From an uncultured Actinomycetota bacterium (GTDB taxonomy: Bacteria > Actinomycetota > Actinomycetes > Mycobacteriales > Mycobacteriaceae), in NCBI GenBank assembly GCA_963771335.1, contig CAVYTD010000024.1, positions 98,096-162,095 on the forward strand: DNA of 64,000 nucleotides. The letters are read 5' to 3'. The notes beneath the pieces are model-generated. The model made no database searches. It was not told the DNA's origin and saw nothing but the letters and a program-made list of their open reading frames with translations. Below, in pieces: positions 39,777 through 50,420 of this stretch. The first letter of the stretch is position 1, and the number at the start of each line of letters is the position of its first letter. The position numbers were made by a program, and so were the translations under genes.

Positions 39777-39857
39777 GCGGCCCCCGAAGGCATGGTGGCG
39801 TTCATGGTGCGCGGGAAGTCGGTGCCCACCGTCACGCACCTGCCCAACATCCTGTAG

Positions 39858-40253
39858 TCACCAGATGGTGTGCAGTCCCGGGAACGTGGCCAGGGCGTTA
39901 TCGGCGGTCACGAGTGGGATCGATTCGACCATGCACTGAGCTGCGATCATGCGGTCGAACGGGTCGCGGTGATCCCAGGTGAACATTCCGGCGATGAGCG
40001 CGTGGTGCGAGGTGATCGGCAGCTCGTCGGCGCGGAGGCGGGACAGGTGATCGGGATATCCGTGGACCACCGCCTGAGCCTCGTCGAGCTTGCCCAACCG
40101 GTACTTCGTCCCGATCTCCCAGGCGCTGGCCGGCGACACGAGCAGTTGGGTGCCGACGTCCCGAATCCGGATGAGCGTTGCGGCCGGGATCCGGTCCGGC
40201 TCGAGCAGGGTCCAGAGCAGGGCGTGCGTGTCGAGGAGAAGGCGAGAGGTCAC
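39858..40253 (-). CDS. vapC: PIN-domain VapC toxin
   Basis: LLLDTHALLW, SAWEI, HRDPFDRMI. Confidence 0.92.
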   Translation of the reverse strand: MTSRLLLDTHALLWTLLEPDRIPAATLIRIRDVGTQLLVSPASAWEIGTKYRLGKLDEAQAVVHGYPDHLSRLRADELPITSHHALIAGMFTWDHRDPFDRMIAAQCMVESIPLVTADNALATFPGLHTIW

Positions 40254-40474
40254 TCCCAGCGGTCCAGTTCATCGTCGGGCAACGGTTCGAAGAACGACTC
40301 CGGCAAGGCGCCTGGTACGAACCCGACCGGCCGCGGGGGCGGCGGGGCCACGGGCACGAGGCGGGCGATCGGTGTGCCGTCACGTGCGATGACGATGTCC
40401 TCGCCGCGCTCGGCCTGCGCCAGAATTTGCGACAGCCGGGTCTTGGCCTCCTGAACGTTCACTTGGATGGTCAC
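40250..40474 (-). CDS. Phd/YefM-family antitoxin
   Basis: VNVQEAKTRLSQIL..GEDIVIARDGTPIARLVP; 4-bp overlap with the toxin. Confidence 0.92.
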   Translation of the reverse strand: MTIQVNVQEAKTRLSQILAQAERGEDIVIARDGTPIARLVPVAPPPPRPVGFVPGALPESFFEPLPDDELDRWE

Positions 40475-40478
40475 GGCG

Positions 40479-40500
40479 TCAGTCTAGCTGGCCAGACTGA
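40479..40500 (-). promoter_or_regulatory. Palindromic operator over a putative -10 of the TA operon
   Basis: TCAGTCT-N8-AGACTGA; minus-strand TAGACT lies 6 bp upstream of the GTG (leaderless geometry). Confidence 0.5.
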
Positions 40501-40655
40501 CCTGACTAGGGATGATGACAGTGCACCCGCACGCGATCCACCGGCTCGGCTAGGTGTGCACTCCACTGTCGTCTGTGCTCCGTCCCGGAACCCGCTTGTA
40601 GGATTCGCCCATGCCGCTGACGGAGGGCGGGGCGCGGAGCGATAGTTGGGGCTGG

Positions 40656-41108
40656 ATGGAGGACAGACCGTTGACTGACGTGCCTAACCCGGCACCCGAT
40701 TCGGCGCCCCCGCCACCGGCGTCGGTACTGCTGGCTGCCTACCGGACCTGTGAGGCGCTGCCCGTGGTGGGCGGGCTCTTCACGCGCGGCAGACATGAGG
40801 CGCAGGCCGTACTGTCGCTCATCGTGGCCGCTGTACTCGACGACCTCGATCTGACCGCGATCGTGCGTGACCGTCTGCACGCCGACGCGATCGAGGCGGT
40901 GATCGCCCGCATCGACCTCATCGGCCTGGCCAACGAGGTGATCGACGGCGTGGACCTGCCCGCCATCATCCGGGAGTCCACCAGTTCGGTGACCGCCGAG
41001 GTGATGACAGATGTGCGCACCCAGGGGGAACGTGCCGACGACGCGGTCTCCGGATTCGTCGACCGGGTGCTGGGCCGCAGGCAGGGCCTCCGTGACCGCA
41101 CCCGATGA
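40656..41108 (+). CDS. Conserved hypothetical protein (helical, IDL-repeat)
   Basis: LDDLDLT..RIDLIGLANEVIDGVDLPAIIRES; overlaps the RDD gene. Confidence 0.7.
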   Translation: MEDRPLTDVPNPAPDSAPPPPASVLLAAYRTCEALPVVGGLFTRGRHEAQAVLSLIVAAVLDDLDLTAIVRDRLHADAIEAVIARIDLIGLANEVIDGVDLPAIIRESTSSVTAEVMTDVRTQGERADDAVSGFVDRVLGRRQGLRDRTR

Positions 41109-41535
41109 CACGGCGGTCCGCGCCGCGGGCGTGGTCAGCCGCACTGTGGCCGCCCTGATCGATCTGTGCGTCGTCGGCGTGATTCTGGCGCTGCTCTATG
41201 CCGGGCTGGTGCTCACCAGGCTGGCACTCAACCCCGGCTCGTTCCGGTTCCCGGCGCTGGACCTGGTGTTCTCCGGAGCCGTCGGGTTCGTCGTCGCGGT
41301 GCTCTACCTGGCGGGCTGCTGGTCGGTCTCGGGCTGCACCGCCGGCGCGGTGGCGATGGGCCTGCGGGTCGTCGGACGGCGCTCGACGCACCTGAAGCCG
41401 TTGGTCGCGTTGCTGCGCGGCGCCGCGTGCGTCATCTTCCCGATCGGGCTGGGGTGGGTCGCCCTGGACCGGCACCGAAGATCTCTGCAGGACATCGTGT
41501 TCGGTAGCCGAGTGATCTATGTGCGCCCATGCTGA
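41092..41535 (+). CDS. RDD-family membrane protein
   Basis: [27 protein letters not shown]. Confidence 0.85.
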   Translation: MTAPDDTAVRAAGVVSRTVAALIDLCVVGVILALLYAGLVLTRLALNPGSFRFPALDLVFSGAVGFVVAVLYLAGCWSVSGCTAGAVAMGLRVVGRRSTHLKPLVALLRGAACVIFPIGLGWVALDRHRRSLQDIVFGSRVIYVRPC

Positions 41536-42887
41536 ACGACGGCGAGGTGATCTCGGGCTACACGATCCTGCGGATGCTGGGCTCGGGCGGTATGGGCGAG
41601 GTCTATCTGGCCGAGCACCCGAGGCTGCCGCGCCACGACGCTCTCAAGGTGCTCTCGACAACGGTCTGCGCTGACCCCGAGTACCGGGAGCGGTTCAACC
41701 GGGAGGCCGACATCGCGGCCACGCTGTGGCATCCGCACATCGTTGCGGTGCACGACCGCGGCGAATACGAAGGCCGGCTATGGATTTCGATGGACAACGT
41801 CGAGGGAACCGACGCCGCCCGACTGCTCGCCGAGCGGTACCCGAAAGGCATGCCGCCTGACCTGGTGGTCCGCATCGTGACGGCGGTCGGGGAGGCGCTG
41901 GACTATGCCCACCAACGCGGGCTATTGCACCGCGATGTCAAGCCCGCCAACATCCTGATCGCCGATCCCGAGACCGACAATGAACGGATCATGCTGGCGG
42001 ACTTCGGGATTGCCCGCAGGGTGGGTGAGATCAGCTCGCTGACCGGTACCAACATGACGGTGGGGACGGTCGCGTACTCGGCGCCCGAACAGCTCACCGC
42101 CGATGCGCGGATCGACGGCCGTGCCGACCAGTATGCGCTCGCGGCCACGGCATTCCAGTTGCTGACCGGGTCGCCACCGTTCCAGCACTCCAACCCGGCG
42201 ATCGTCATCAGCCAGCACCTGACGGCCCAACCGCCGTCGATCGCCGCGCACCGCCCCGAATTGTCCCCTCTGGGAGGCGCTTTCGAGAAGGCGCTGGCCA
42301 AGTCGCCCGCCGACCGCTTCGAACGATGCGTGGATTTCGCCCGAGCCCTCGGAAACCGGACCGGTGTGGGTGCCGGCGATGTCGAGGCGACCCTGCTGGC
42401 GCCCGCGCCGACGGGGCCCCGCCATGCGAAGAGACCGGCCGCACCGCGCAGTCGGGGACGGCGACGGGGCCGGGCGCCGGTGGTGCTGGCCGCGGCGCTG
42501 TCGCTGATCGCCGTCGCCGCGGCGGTCTTCCTCGCGCTCTACGAACGGCACGAGGGCCGCGTCACCGCCACCCAGGGCACGCCGACATCCCCGCAGTCCG
42601 CCGGCAGCGTGACGCTGCCGGTCATCGTCGTCGGCGCCGACTGCGCCACCCTGGGCAGCGCCGGGGTGACCGAGACCGGCGACCCGGCCTACTGCGCGCG
42701 CCTGGCCTCCTCGGGTGCCCCCATCTGGTCGCTGTATCCCGGCGAGGTCCCGCACCCCACCGGTGCGGCGGCGTCCGATGCGCCCGTGCTGGTGTGCATG
42801 CAGCAGACCGGCCAGCGCCAGGTCGACTGCCACGACGACATCCTGAGGGAGAACACCGATCCGGCCGCCAACGACCAGAGCCCTTAG
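41529..42887 (+). CDS. Membrane Ser/Thr protein kinase (PknF/PknI-like)
   Basis: [26 protein letters not shown]; TM segment and Cys-containing extracellular domain. Confidence 0.93.
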   Translation: MLNDGEVISGYTILRMLGSGGMGEVYLAEHPRLPRHDALKVLSTTVCADPEYRERFNREADIAATLWHPHIVAVHDRGEYEGRLWISMDNVEGTDAARLLAERYPKGMPPDLVVRIVTAVGEALDYAHQRGLLHRDVKPANILIADPETDNERIMLADFGIARRVGEISSLTGTNMTVGTVAYSAPEQLTADARIDGRADQYALAATAFQLLTGSPPFQHSNPAIVISQHLTAQPPSIAAHRPELSPLGGAFEKALAKSPADRFERCVDFARALGNRTGVGAGDVEATLLAPAPTGPRHAKRPAAPRSRGRRRGRAPVVLAAALSLIAVAAAVFLALYERHEGRVTATQGTPTSPQSAGSVTLPVIVVGADCATLGSAGVTETGDPAYCARLASSGAPIWSLYPGEVPHPTGAAASDAPVLVCMQQTGQRQVDCHDDILRENTDPAANDQSP

Positions 42888-42950
42888 TGATTTCGGTGTC
42901 CTTTGCCACTGTCACATCACTTCACGTTGACCAACTACACCGAATTCGCT
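42886..42950. repeat. Inverted-repeat element between convergent genes (REP-like or bidirectional terminator)
   Basis: agtgatttcggtgt ... acaccgaattcgct, 12/14 complementary arms. Confidence 0.55.
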
Positions 42951-43815
42951 AGATCGCGGGGAGTTCCAGCCAGTCGTCGACCATGAACGCGTCGCCGCGG
43001 GCCACGACGCTCGCGCCGCCGGGGCCCGGGTAGTGCGCCGGGATCACCGCGGCGCGCCGCCGGGAGGCCTCGGTCAGGACGCGCTTGCGGGTGACGGTGG
43101 CGGCGAGCGGGTCCTCGTCGAACACGCAGGCATCATCGGGGCGGGGGAGTTGGATGGGGCAGTGAGTCAGGTCGCCGACGAACACGGCGGGCGCGCCGGC
43201 GTCCAGCCACAGCACCGACGAGCCGGGTGTGTGCCCCGAAGCCGGCCGCAGCCACAGCGATTCGCTGAGCTGATAGTCGCCCGAGTACAGCTGGATCTGC
43301 GACTCGACCGGTAGCACGCTGTCGGCGAACACGATTCGCATCCCGTCGTTGGTGCTCGCGCCGCCCGGCGAGAAGTGCCGGTAGTCGAGCTCGGGCATCA
43401 GGTACCGGGCGTTCGGGAAGGTCGGCACCCAGGAGCCGTCGACCAGTCGGGTGTTCCAGCCGACGTGGTCGGTGTGCAGGTGGGTGTTGATCACCACGTC
43501 GACCGCCTCGGGTTGCACCCCCGCCTCGGCAAGCGCGCCGAGGAAATCGGTGTCGAGGTGATCCAGCGGCGGCATATGGGGCCGGTCCCGGTCATTGCCG
43601 ACCCCGGTGTCCACCAACACGGTCAGGCCGTCGACCTCGACGACCCAGGTCTGCATGGCGATCTTCCAGTCGTCGGCGCCGCGGTCCCAGAACAGCGGCT
43701 CCAGCAGGTCGGCGTTCTCCGGCCACGCTTCCGCGGGTGTCTGGGCGAACAGCGACGTCCGCATCTGGACCCGCAGCTCCACGACCCGGGACAGGGTGGC
43801 CCGGCCCAGCTTCAC
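42949..43815 (-). CDS. Metallo-beta-lactamase-fold hydrolase
   Basis: LVDTG, THLHTDH, GHTPG, GD, AH; GTG overlaps the embB stop. Confidence 0.9.
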   Translation of the reverse strand: MKLGRATLSRVVELRVQMRTSLFAQTPAEAWPENADLLEPLFWDRGADDWKIAMQTWVVEVDGLTVLVDTGVGNDRDRPHMPPLDHLDTDFLGALAEAGVQPEAVDVVINTHLHTDHVGWNTRLVDGSWVPTFPNARYLMPELDYRHFSPGGASTNDGMRIVFADSVLPVESQIQLYSGDYQLSESLWLRPASGHTPGSSVLWLDAGAPAVFVGDLTHCPIQLPRPDDACVFDEDPLAATVTRKRVLTEASRRRAAVIPAHYPGPGGASVVARGDAFMVDDWLELPAI

Positions 43816-46800
43816 GGCTCGATGCGGATCGGGCCGGGGGACCACAGCCCCGAGTGGGTGGCTGTGCCCAGATCGATCTCGGCCGGTTCGGCGTCGACGA
43901 TGGTGTCGAAGCGACGCAGCGATCCCCAGTCCTGGCCCCAGTCCCTCGACAGGTAGGTCGACATCACCGAGGCCCGCAGCAGCAGGTCGCTGATGCCCAG
44001 CAGGCCGCCGTTGAGGCCGTCCTGCCACGTGTCGGTGCTCTGCAGCTTGGCCAAATAGTCAGGCGAGATCCGGAATTTCGGGATGTCGGTGACGCCGTTG
44101 GCGTGCAGCATCGGCTGCTGGCACGGGAACGCCAGCCCGACCGCCCAGTCCATCATGACCGGCTGCTGCGAACCGATGTACTCCTGAACGGATCGCACCT
44201 CGGGCACCCGCGGCGGCGTCACGGCGATCCAGTCGCCCTGGCCCAGCGACAGATCCTCGGCGATGACCCGCACCGCGACGGCGTCGCCGGGGATCTGCGC
44301 CCGCGGGTAGCGCAGGTTGCGCCAGGACGGTGTCGGGCCGATGTCGTAGGGGCTGACCCGTCCAGCGGGCACCGGCGCGCCGTCGGGCCCGCGTCGGGCG
44401 TACTCGAGCTCTACGGTCTGGCCGGTGGTGGTCCCCTTGGCGACGCTGGTGCCGGTGATCGTCCCAGCCGCGGTGATCACCACCAACGGGTGCGCGTCGT
44501 CGGCGGCGGGCAGCTCGTACCACGCCGAGGCCAGTCGGCTTTCTTGTTGCGCCCCAAGGGAATACGTTCCCGCAACGGGAACCCGTGCGGGGTCAAGGCC
44601 GTAGGGCAGCGGCACGGTCGACCCGTTGACACCGGGCCGGGACAGCTTCACCGTCCGGTTCCAGTCGGCGTCGGTGCCCGGCTGCGGGTTGTTGATCCGG
44701 ATCGCCTCGGCGATGATGCGGTCCGGAACGCCGTTGGGCGAGAAGCCAACCGGTCCGCTGCCGCCGAGCGGACCCAGCGGTCCCCGATCCCCGGGGAGGG
44801 CCTTCAGGAAGCCGGCGTTCGAGTCGGGTTCGACGAGCACGTCGTCGGCCATCCCGCAGCCTCCGACGAACGCGCGCACGTTGGCCCAGCCGTTGGAGTA
44901 GGTCGGATACTGGCGCACCACGCCGACGATCATCGACGCCACGAACACCACGACCATGAACCCGGCGGCGATCGGTATCGGCGCCGCGGTGAGCCTGTCG
45001 ACGATCCGGGACTCCGGCCGGGAGGAGACGTGCAGCCAGAACGCCCACAGTGCCGCGATCACGAACAGCGCGAAGAACACGGCGCTGACCGTCACCCCGC
45101 CCAGCTGGGGCACCGAGTTGTTGTACGGCGCACCGAAGTTGGAGACGTACCACCACCCGTTGGTCGATGCGAAGCACAGCGCCAACACGAAGAACACCAG
45201 CGACAGGAACGTCATCCGGTTGCGGGCCGAGCGCAACACCAGAGGCGACACCATCACCGTGGCCAGCGCCGCCATCGCCCCGCCGACGGCGGCGAACAGG
45301 CCGAAGTGGTGGATCCACTTGGTGGGGGTGAACATCAGGAAGAAGATCGTCGCGAAGATGACGCCCATCAGCCGCCATGCCGGACCACGGGCCACGCCGG
45401 GAATGCGCTTGCGCCGCAACATCATGAACAGCGAGGGGAACAGGCACATCACGGTGAACAGGAACGCGACCCGCCTTGAGATCGCGGCGTCGGTGGTCGG
45501 CAGGATCAGGTAGTAGTAGCGCAGGATCTCGGTGAACCACTCCTGGCTGGGGCCGATCGCGGTGCGGATCCTGGTGGCTTCCAACACCGTTGCCAACGTC
45601 TGGTCGGCGAACACCACTGTCAGCACGACGGTGCCCGCGGCCAGCAGCGGCGCCACCAACGGCCAGGTGCCAACCTCCTCGCGGCGCCGGACCAGGATGC
45701 GCAGGATCGGCCGGCCACCGGCCACCAGTGCGGCCACCGCGATCAGGCCGGTGGGCTGGATGCCGAGCGTGAACGCGGCGGTGGTGATCGCCAGCGCGAA
45801 AGGAGTCAGCCTGCCTGAGCCGATGGCCCGCTCGATCAGCACGTACGTGATCAGTGCGCCGGTGGCGATCTGGCCTTCGGGGCGCAGCCCGTTGTTGAAC
45901 GGCATCCACGCCGCGAGCAGCACCAGCCCAGCCGCCCACATCGCCGCGCGGCTCCCCGACACCGCTGGCCCGAGCCGGGGCAGCACCTCCCGGGACAGCA
46001 GCAGCCAGCACACCAGCGCGCAGATCAGGTCGGGCAGCCGGATCCAGATGCTGGCGTCGCTGATGTGCGTCATGAGCGCCAGCAGGTTGTAGTACCAGCC
46101 GAACGGGTCTTCCGGGCTGCCGAACCAGCGGAAATAGTTCGACATGTAGCCCGCGTGATCGGCCACCCGGGCCATGCCGAGGATGTAGCCGTCGTCCGAG
46201 GAGTTGGCGCCGATCACGTACCAGAGCGCGAAGCCGCCCACCACGACACCGTCGACGGGGGTGACGGTCCGCCATCGCGACGGAATAAGGCGGTGCATGC
46301 GCCTGCCGTCGAGGCGGTCCAGGCGCCACAGCGCGAGCAGCGCGATCACGGTCGAGACGATCGCCAGCAGCATCGCCGCCAGCTTGAGCGCCGTCGGATG
46401 CGTGGTGAACCGGGTGTCGATCGTCGCGGAGAACTCGAGACCTTGCAGGTGCGGGGCCGGTCAGGTCGGTGAACACGCCCACGATGGCGGGCCGCAGGTT
46501 CGGGTCGGCGAAGCCGGTGCGCTGCGGTGACCCATCCGACTTTGTCAGGCCGACGAAGTCGGCGAAGGTGCCGTCCAGCGACGAGGTGATGTCGATACTC
46601 GAACAGCCGGGGGCCCCGGCTCCTCCGGTGACCCGGTTCCGGTTCACACTGGCCACCACGACGTTGCGGACGATCACGTCGACGCGGGCGGTACTGCCCC
46701 CCGGGTCGCTACGCTCCTGCCCGCCGGGCGTGACGTTGATCAGCATCGCGTTCAGCGCCGCGTCCCGGCCCTCGGACGGGGCGGTGCCCAGCACCAGGCC

Positions 46801-47133
46801 GCCGTCGGCGGGCAACGTGCGGATGGCCTCGCACGGCACCGACGCGGTCAGGCTCACCGGGGCCTGGGAGATCAGCGGCGCCGTGACGTTGCCGACCTGA
46901 CCCTGTTGCGGCCAGTTGAGGGTGGCCGTGGTCTGGGTGACCGGCAACAGTGGCGTGGCGACGGCCAGCACGAAACCGAGCAGCCCGGCGATCGTGGCGA
47001 CCCATCGGGCGATTCGCACATCGCCGCTCGTACTCTTCGGTTCGCGCGCACGCTCGTTCACGGCAGGGGCCGGTCTGCTGTCGTTCTCTTCGTTCACGGC
47101 TGGGGCCGGTCTGCTGTCGTTCTCTTCGTTCAC
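43812..47133 (-). CDS. embB: Arabinosyltransferase EmbB (indel near 46440-46460)
   Basis: [33 protein letters not shown]; third gene of the emb trio. Confidence 0.95.
46701..46725 (-). repeat. MIRU/REP-like mini-element, in frame in embB
   Basis: ccgggtcgctacgctcctgcccgcc; encodes GGQERSDPG; copies at 54844 and 55583. Confidence 0.8.
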
Positions 47134-47138
47134 GGCAG
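47056..47138 (-). repeat. 36-bp tandem repeat at the embA/embB junction
   Basis: Minus-strand gccGTGAacgaagagaacgacagcagaccggccc, two full copies plus a partial third. Confidence 0.9.
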
Positions 47139-50100
47139 GGCCCTGATCGGTCCGCCGCGACTCCAGCCGAACACCCGCGTCGACCCCTCCTCGATGATGG
47201 CGTTCGGCGCCTCGTCGCGCGGAACCACCCGGATATAGCGTTCGATCGCCCCCCAGTCCCGGTACCAGTCGCCGCGCAGGTACGTCGGGATCGCCGACGT
47301 CCGCAGCAGCGCCTGGATGAACAGGAACGGTCCGCCGTCCTCGGCCGACTGCCATTGGTTGGACGAGGACACCATCTGCTTGAAGTTCGGCAGGATCCGG
47401 TACTCCGGGAGTTCGGCCACCCCGAGGTGTTCGGCGAACGGCCGCTGGCACGGGAAGTTGGCTGCGGTGGCGATGTCCATCAGCACCGGGGTCTGGGTCC
47501 CGAGGAATTCCTGGGCGGTCTGCAGCACCGGCACCCGTGGCGGGGTGAACGCGAACCACTGGTCTTCGGACAGGTTCGGATCGTCGGCGACGATGCGGGC
47601 CACGTTGGCCTCCGGCGGCGCCGACGCCAGCGGGAAGCGCAGATTCCGCCACGCCTTCTGCGGGAAGATGTCGATCGGCTGGACCTCGCCGAGCTCCTGG
47701 TAGGACCCGTCGGGCCGGTGCACACCCCACTGCAGCTTCAGCGACTGCCCGTAGTTGAACGAACCGTCCTCCTCGTAGTACCAGATCGCTCCGGCGGCGG
47801 CGATGGTCACCAGCGGCCGGTCGGGGGTGCGGGGCGGCAGCTGGTACCACGCCGAGGTGGCCTGCGCGGCGACGGTGTTCTCGTCGTAGCTGCCCATCAC
47901 CGGGGTGCGGTCCGGGTCCAGCCCGAACGGCAGGAACACGCTGGATCCGTTGACTCCCTCGGGGCCGTAGCCGCCGCCGGTGCCCGCGGCGTAGCCGATC
48001 CCGATGTTCGGTTTGTCCACCGGCCCGTCGGAGTTCACCAACCCCGGGTTGGCCGCCACCGGCTCGGCCGGTTCGAGGGTGTCGCTGACCCCGTTGGGCG
48101 TGAAGCCCACGGGATCCTCACCGCCCAGTGGCCCGTATTCGCCGAATTGCTGGCCCGGAACGGGTTGCAGCATGCCGGCGTTGGTGTCCGCCTCGACGAG
48201 GACGGCGTCGGCCATCGCGCAGCTAGGTGGCGACGACCCAGTTAGTCCCGACGTCAGCGCCGATATGTTGGCCGCGCCGGTGGTGTACGACGGGGTAGCG
48301 GCCGGCGGTGGCCTTGAGCATCGACCCCAGCTCGAGGACCACCATGATGACGGCCACCACGAGCAGCGGGGTGGACGCCAGCGCCCGGTTGCGTCCGGTG
48401 TCGGCGACCTGGGTGTGTCCGGCGTAGTCCATCCGGAAGTGCAGCCAGCCGGCGAGCAGGCCGCAGGCGATCGCGAGCACCAGGAAGATCGTCGTGACCG
48501 GGAAACTGAAGATCACCGGCTGCTTGTCGAACCACGGCACCCCGTAGTTGCCGACGTAGAACCACCCGTTGATGCCCGCGTTCGCCCACGCCAGCACGAA
48601 CAGCAGGGCCGTCACGTACAGGGCCAGGTTGCGTCGGCTGTGCAGCCCGACACGGGCGAACGCGAACGCGGTGAGCGCACCCAGCGCGCCCGCCAGGCCG
48701 GCGAACACGCCGAACTGTATCGCCCACTTGGTCGGGGTGATCGTCAGCAACAGCAGGCCGATCGCGGTCGTTCCGATCAGCCGCCACACGGGTCCGTTGA
48801 CCGCACCCGGCATGCTGCCCCGGCGCAGCAGCACCATCAGCAGGCCGAACAGGCACAGCAGCAGGATCAGCACGGCGAATCGGCGGGTCAGCGAGGCGTC
48901 CACGCTGTCCTCGACCATCAGGAAGTAGTAGCGCAGGAACTCCTGATACCAGGGGATGGTCGGCCCGACGACGTACTTGATGCGGACCGACTCGGCGACC
49001 GTCGCCAATGTCTGGTCGCGGAACACGACGACGAACACCAGCGACGCGGCGGCCGCCAGCGGGGCCAGCTGGGCCGCGAGCCCGACGGTCGCGCGGCGGT
49101 CGGAGATGACGCGGGTGACGGCGCGGGCACCGACCAGCAGCGGCGCCGACGCGACCATCCCCTGTGGGCCGAGGGTCACCGAGAACACCGCGATGACGAT
49201 GGCCGCCGCGACGGGCCACAGTCGGCGGGTGCCGATGGATCTTTCGACGAGCATCCACACCGCGACCACGCCGAACGCGATCAGCGGTTCGGGGCGCAGG
49301 CCGTTGTTGAACGGCAGCCATGCCGCGAGGAAGACCGCGCCTGCGGTCCACATCGCGACCCGGTTGCGGGCCAGCCGCCCGCCGAGTCGCGGCAGCACGC
49401 AGCGGCTCAGGATCAGCCAGGTGCCGATCGCGGCCGCGGTGGCGGGCAGCCGCATCCAGATGCCTGCGGTGCTGATCGAGGCCAGGTGCGCCAGGACGCT
49501 CTGATACCAGTCGAACGGGGCTTCCGAGGTGCCGAAGAAGCGGTAGTAGTTGGCGATGTAACCGGCGTCCCCGGACACCCGGGCGATCGTCAGGTGGTAT
49601 CCGTCGTCCGAGGACTGCGCGCCGACCAGATGCCACACCAGCAGCGCACCGACCACACCGGTATCGGTCAAGCCATGTCGACAGGCCTGCGCGGCGACGT
49701 CGACGCAGGTCCCGCGGGATGCGCCGACCCGACCCGCGGTCCAGCAGTGCGAGGGCGACGATCGAGGCCAGCACGCAGGCAGCGCCGAGCACCATCATCG
49801 CGAGTTTGAGCAGCGGTCGGGGAGGTGATGAACCGGGTGTCGACGTCGATCGTGGCTGTCACGCCGCTTTGGGCCGGCGACTTTCAGCTCGGTGAAGATG
49901 CCCGCGACCTGCGGCCGTTTCTCCGGTGCGAGCGTGCCCGCGGCGCCGGGAATGCCGACGAAGTCGGCGCCGACCGCACCGACGTTGGCCCACAGGTGGA
50001 TCGTGCTGCAGGCCCCGGACTCGACCGCGTCGCGCGGCGCCACCGCGGCGACCGAGTCACGGAACGCGACGATGACGACTGTCTTCGTAGGCGCGCACGA

Positions 50101-50399
50101 GCAGGCCGTTGCGGCCGGCTTCGATCCCGCCGGGCGGGATCGTGGCGAACACCAGACCGCCGTCGGCGGGCAGGGTGGAAACGGTCTGGCAGGGGATGAC
50201 AACGTCGAGTGACTTGGGGGCGCCGGACACCAGCGGTGCGGTGATGTTGTTGACATTGCCGTCGGCGTCGACCGCCTGCGGCCACTGGATCGTTGCGGTC
50301 GTCTGGTTGACCGGCAGCAGCGGCGCGAGCGCGCACAGCACCAGCCGACCCCAGAGTGCCCGCGACGATCGCGATGAGGCGGGCAGTCCGGTCAGGCAC
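47130..50399 (-). CDS. embA: Arabinosyltransferase EmbA (several indels)
   Basis: [32 protein letters not shown]-terminal GPIRALP. Confidence 0.94.
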
Positions 50400-50420
50400 G
50401 AGGCTCAAGGGTAGGCGACG

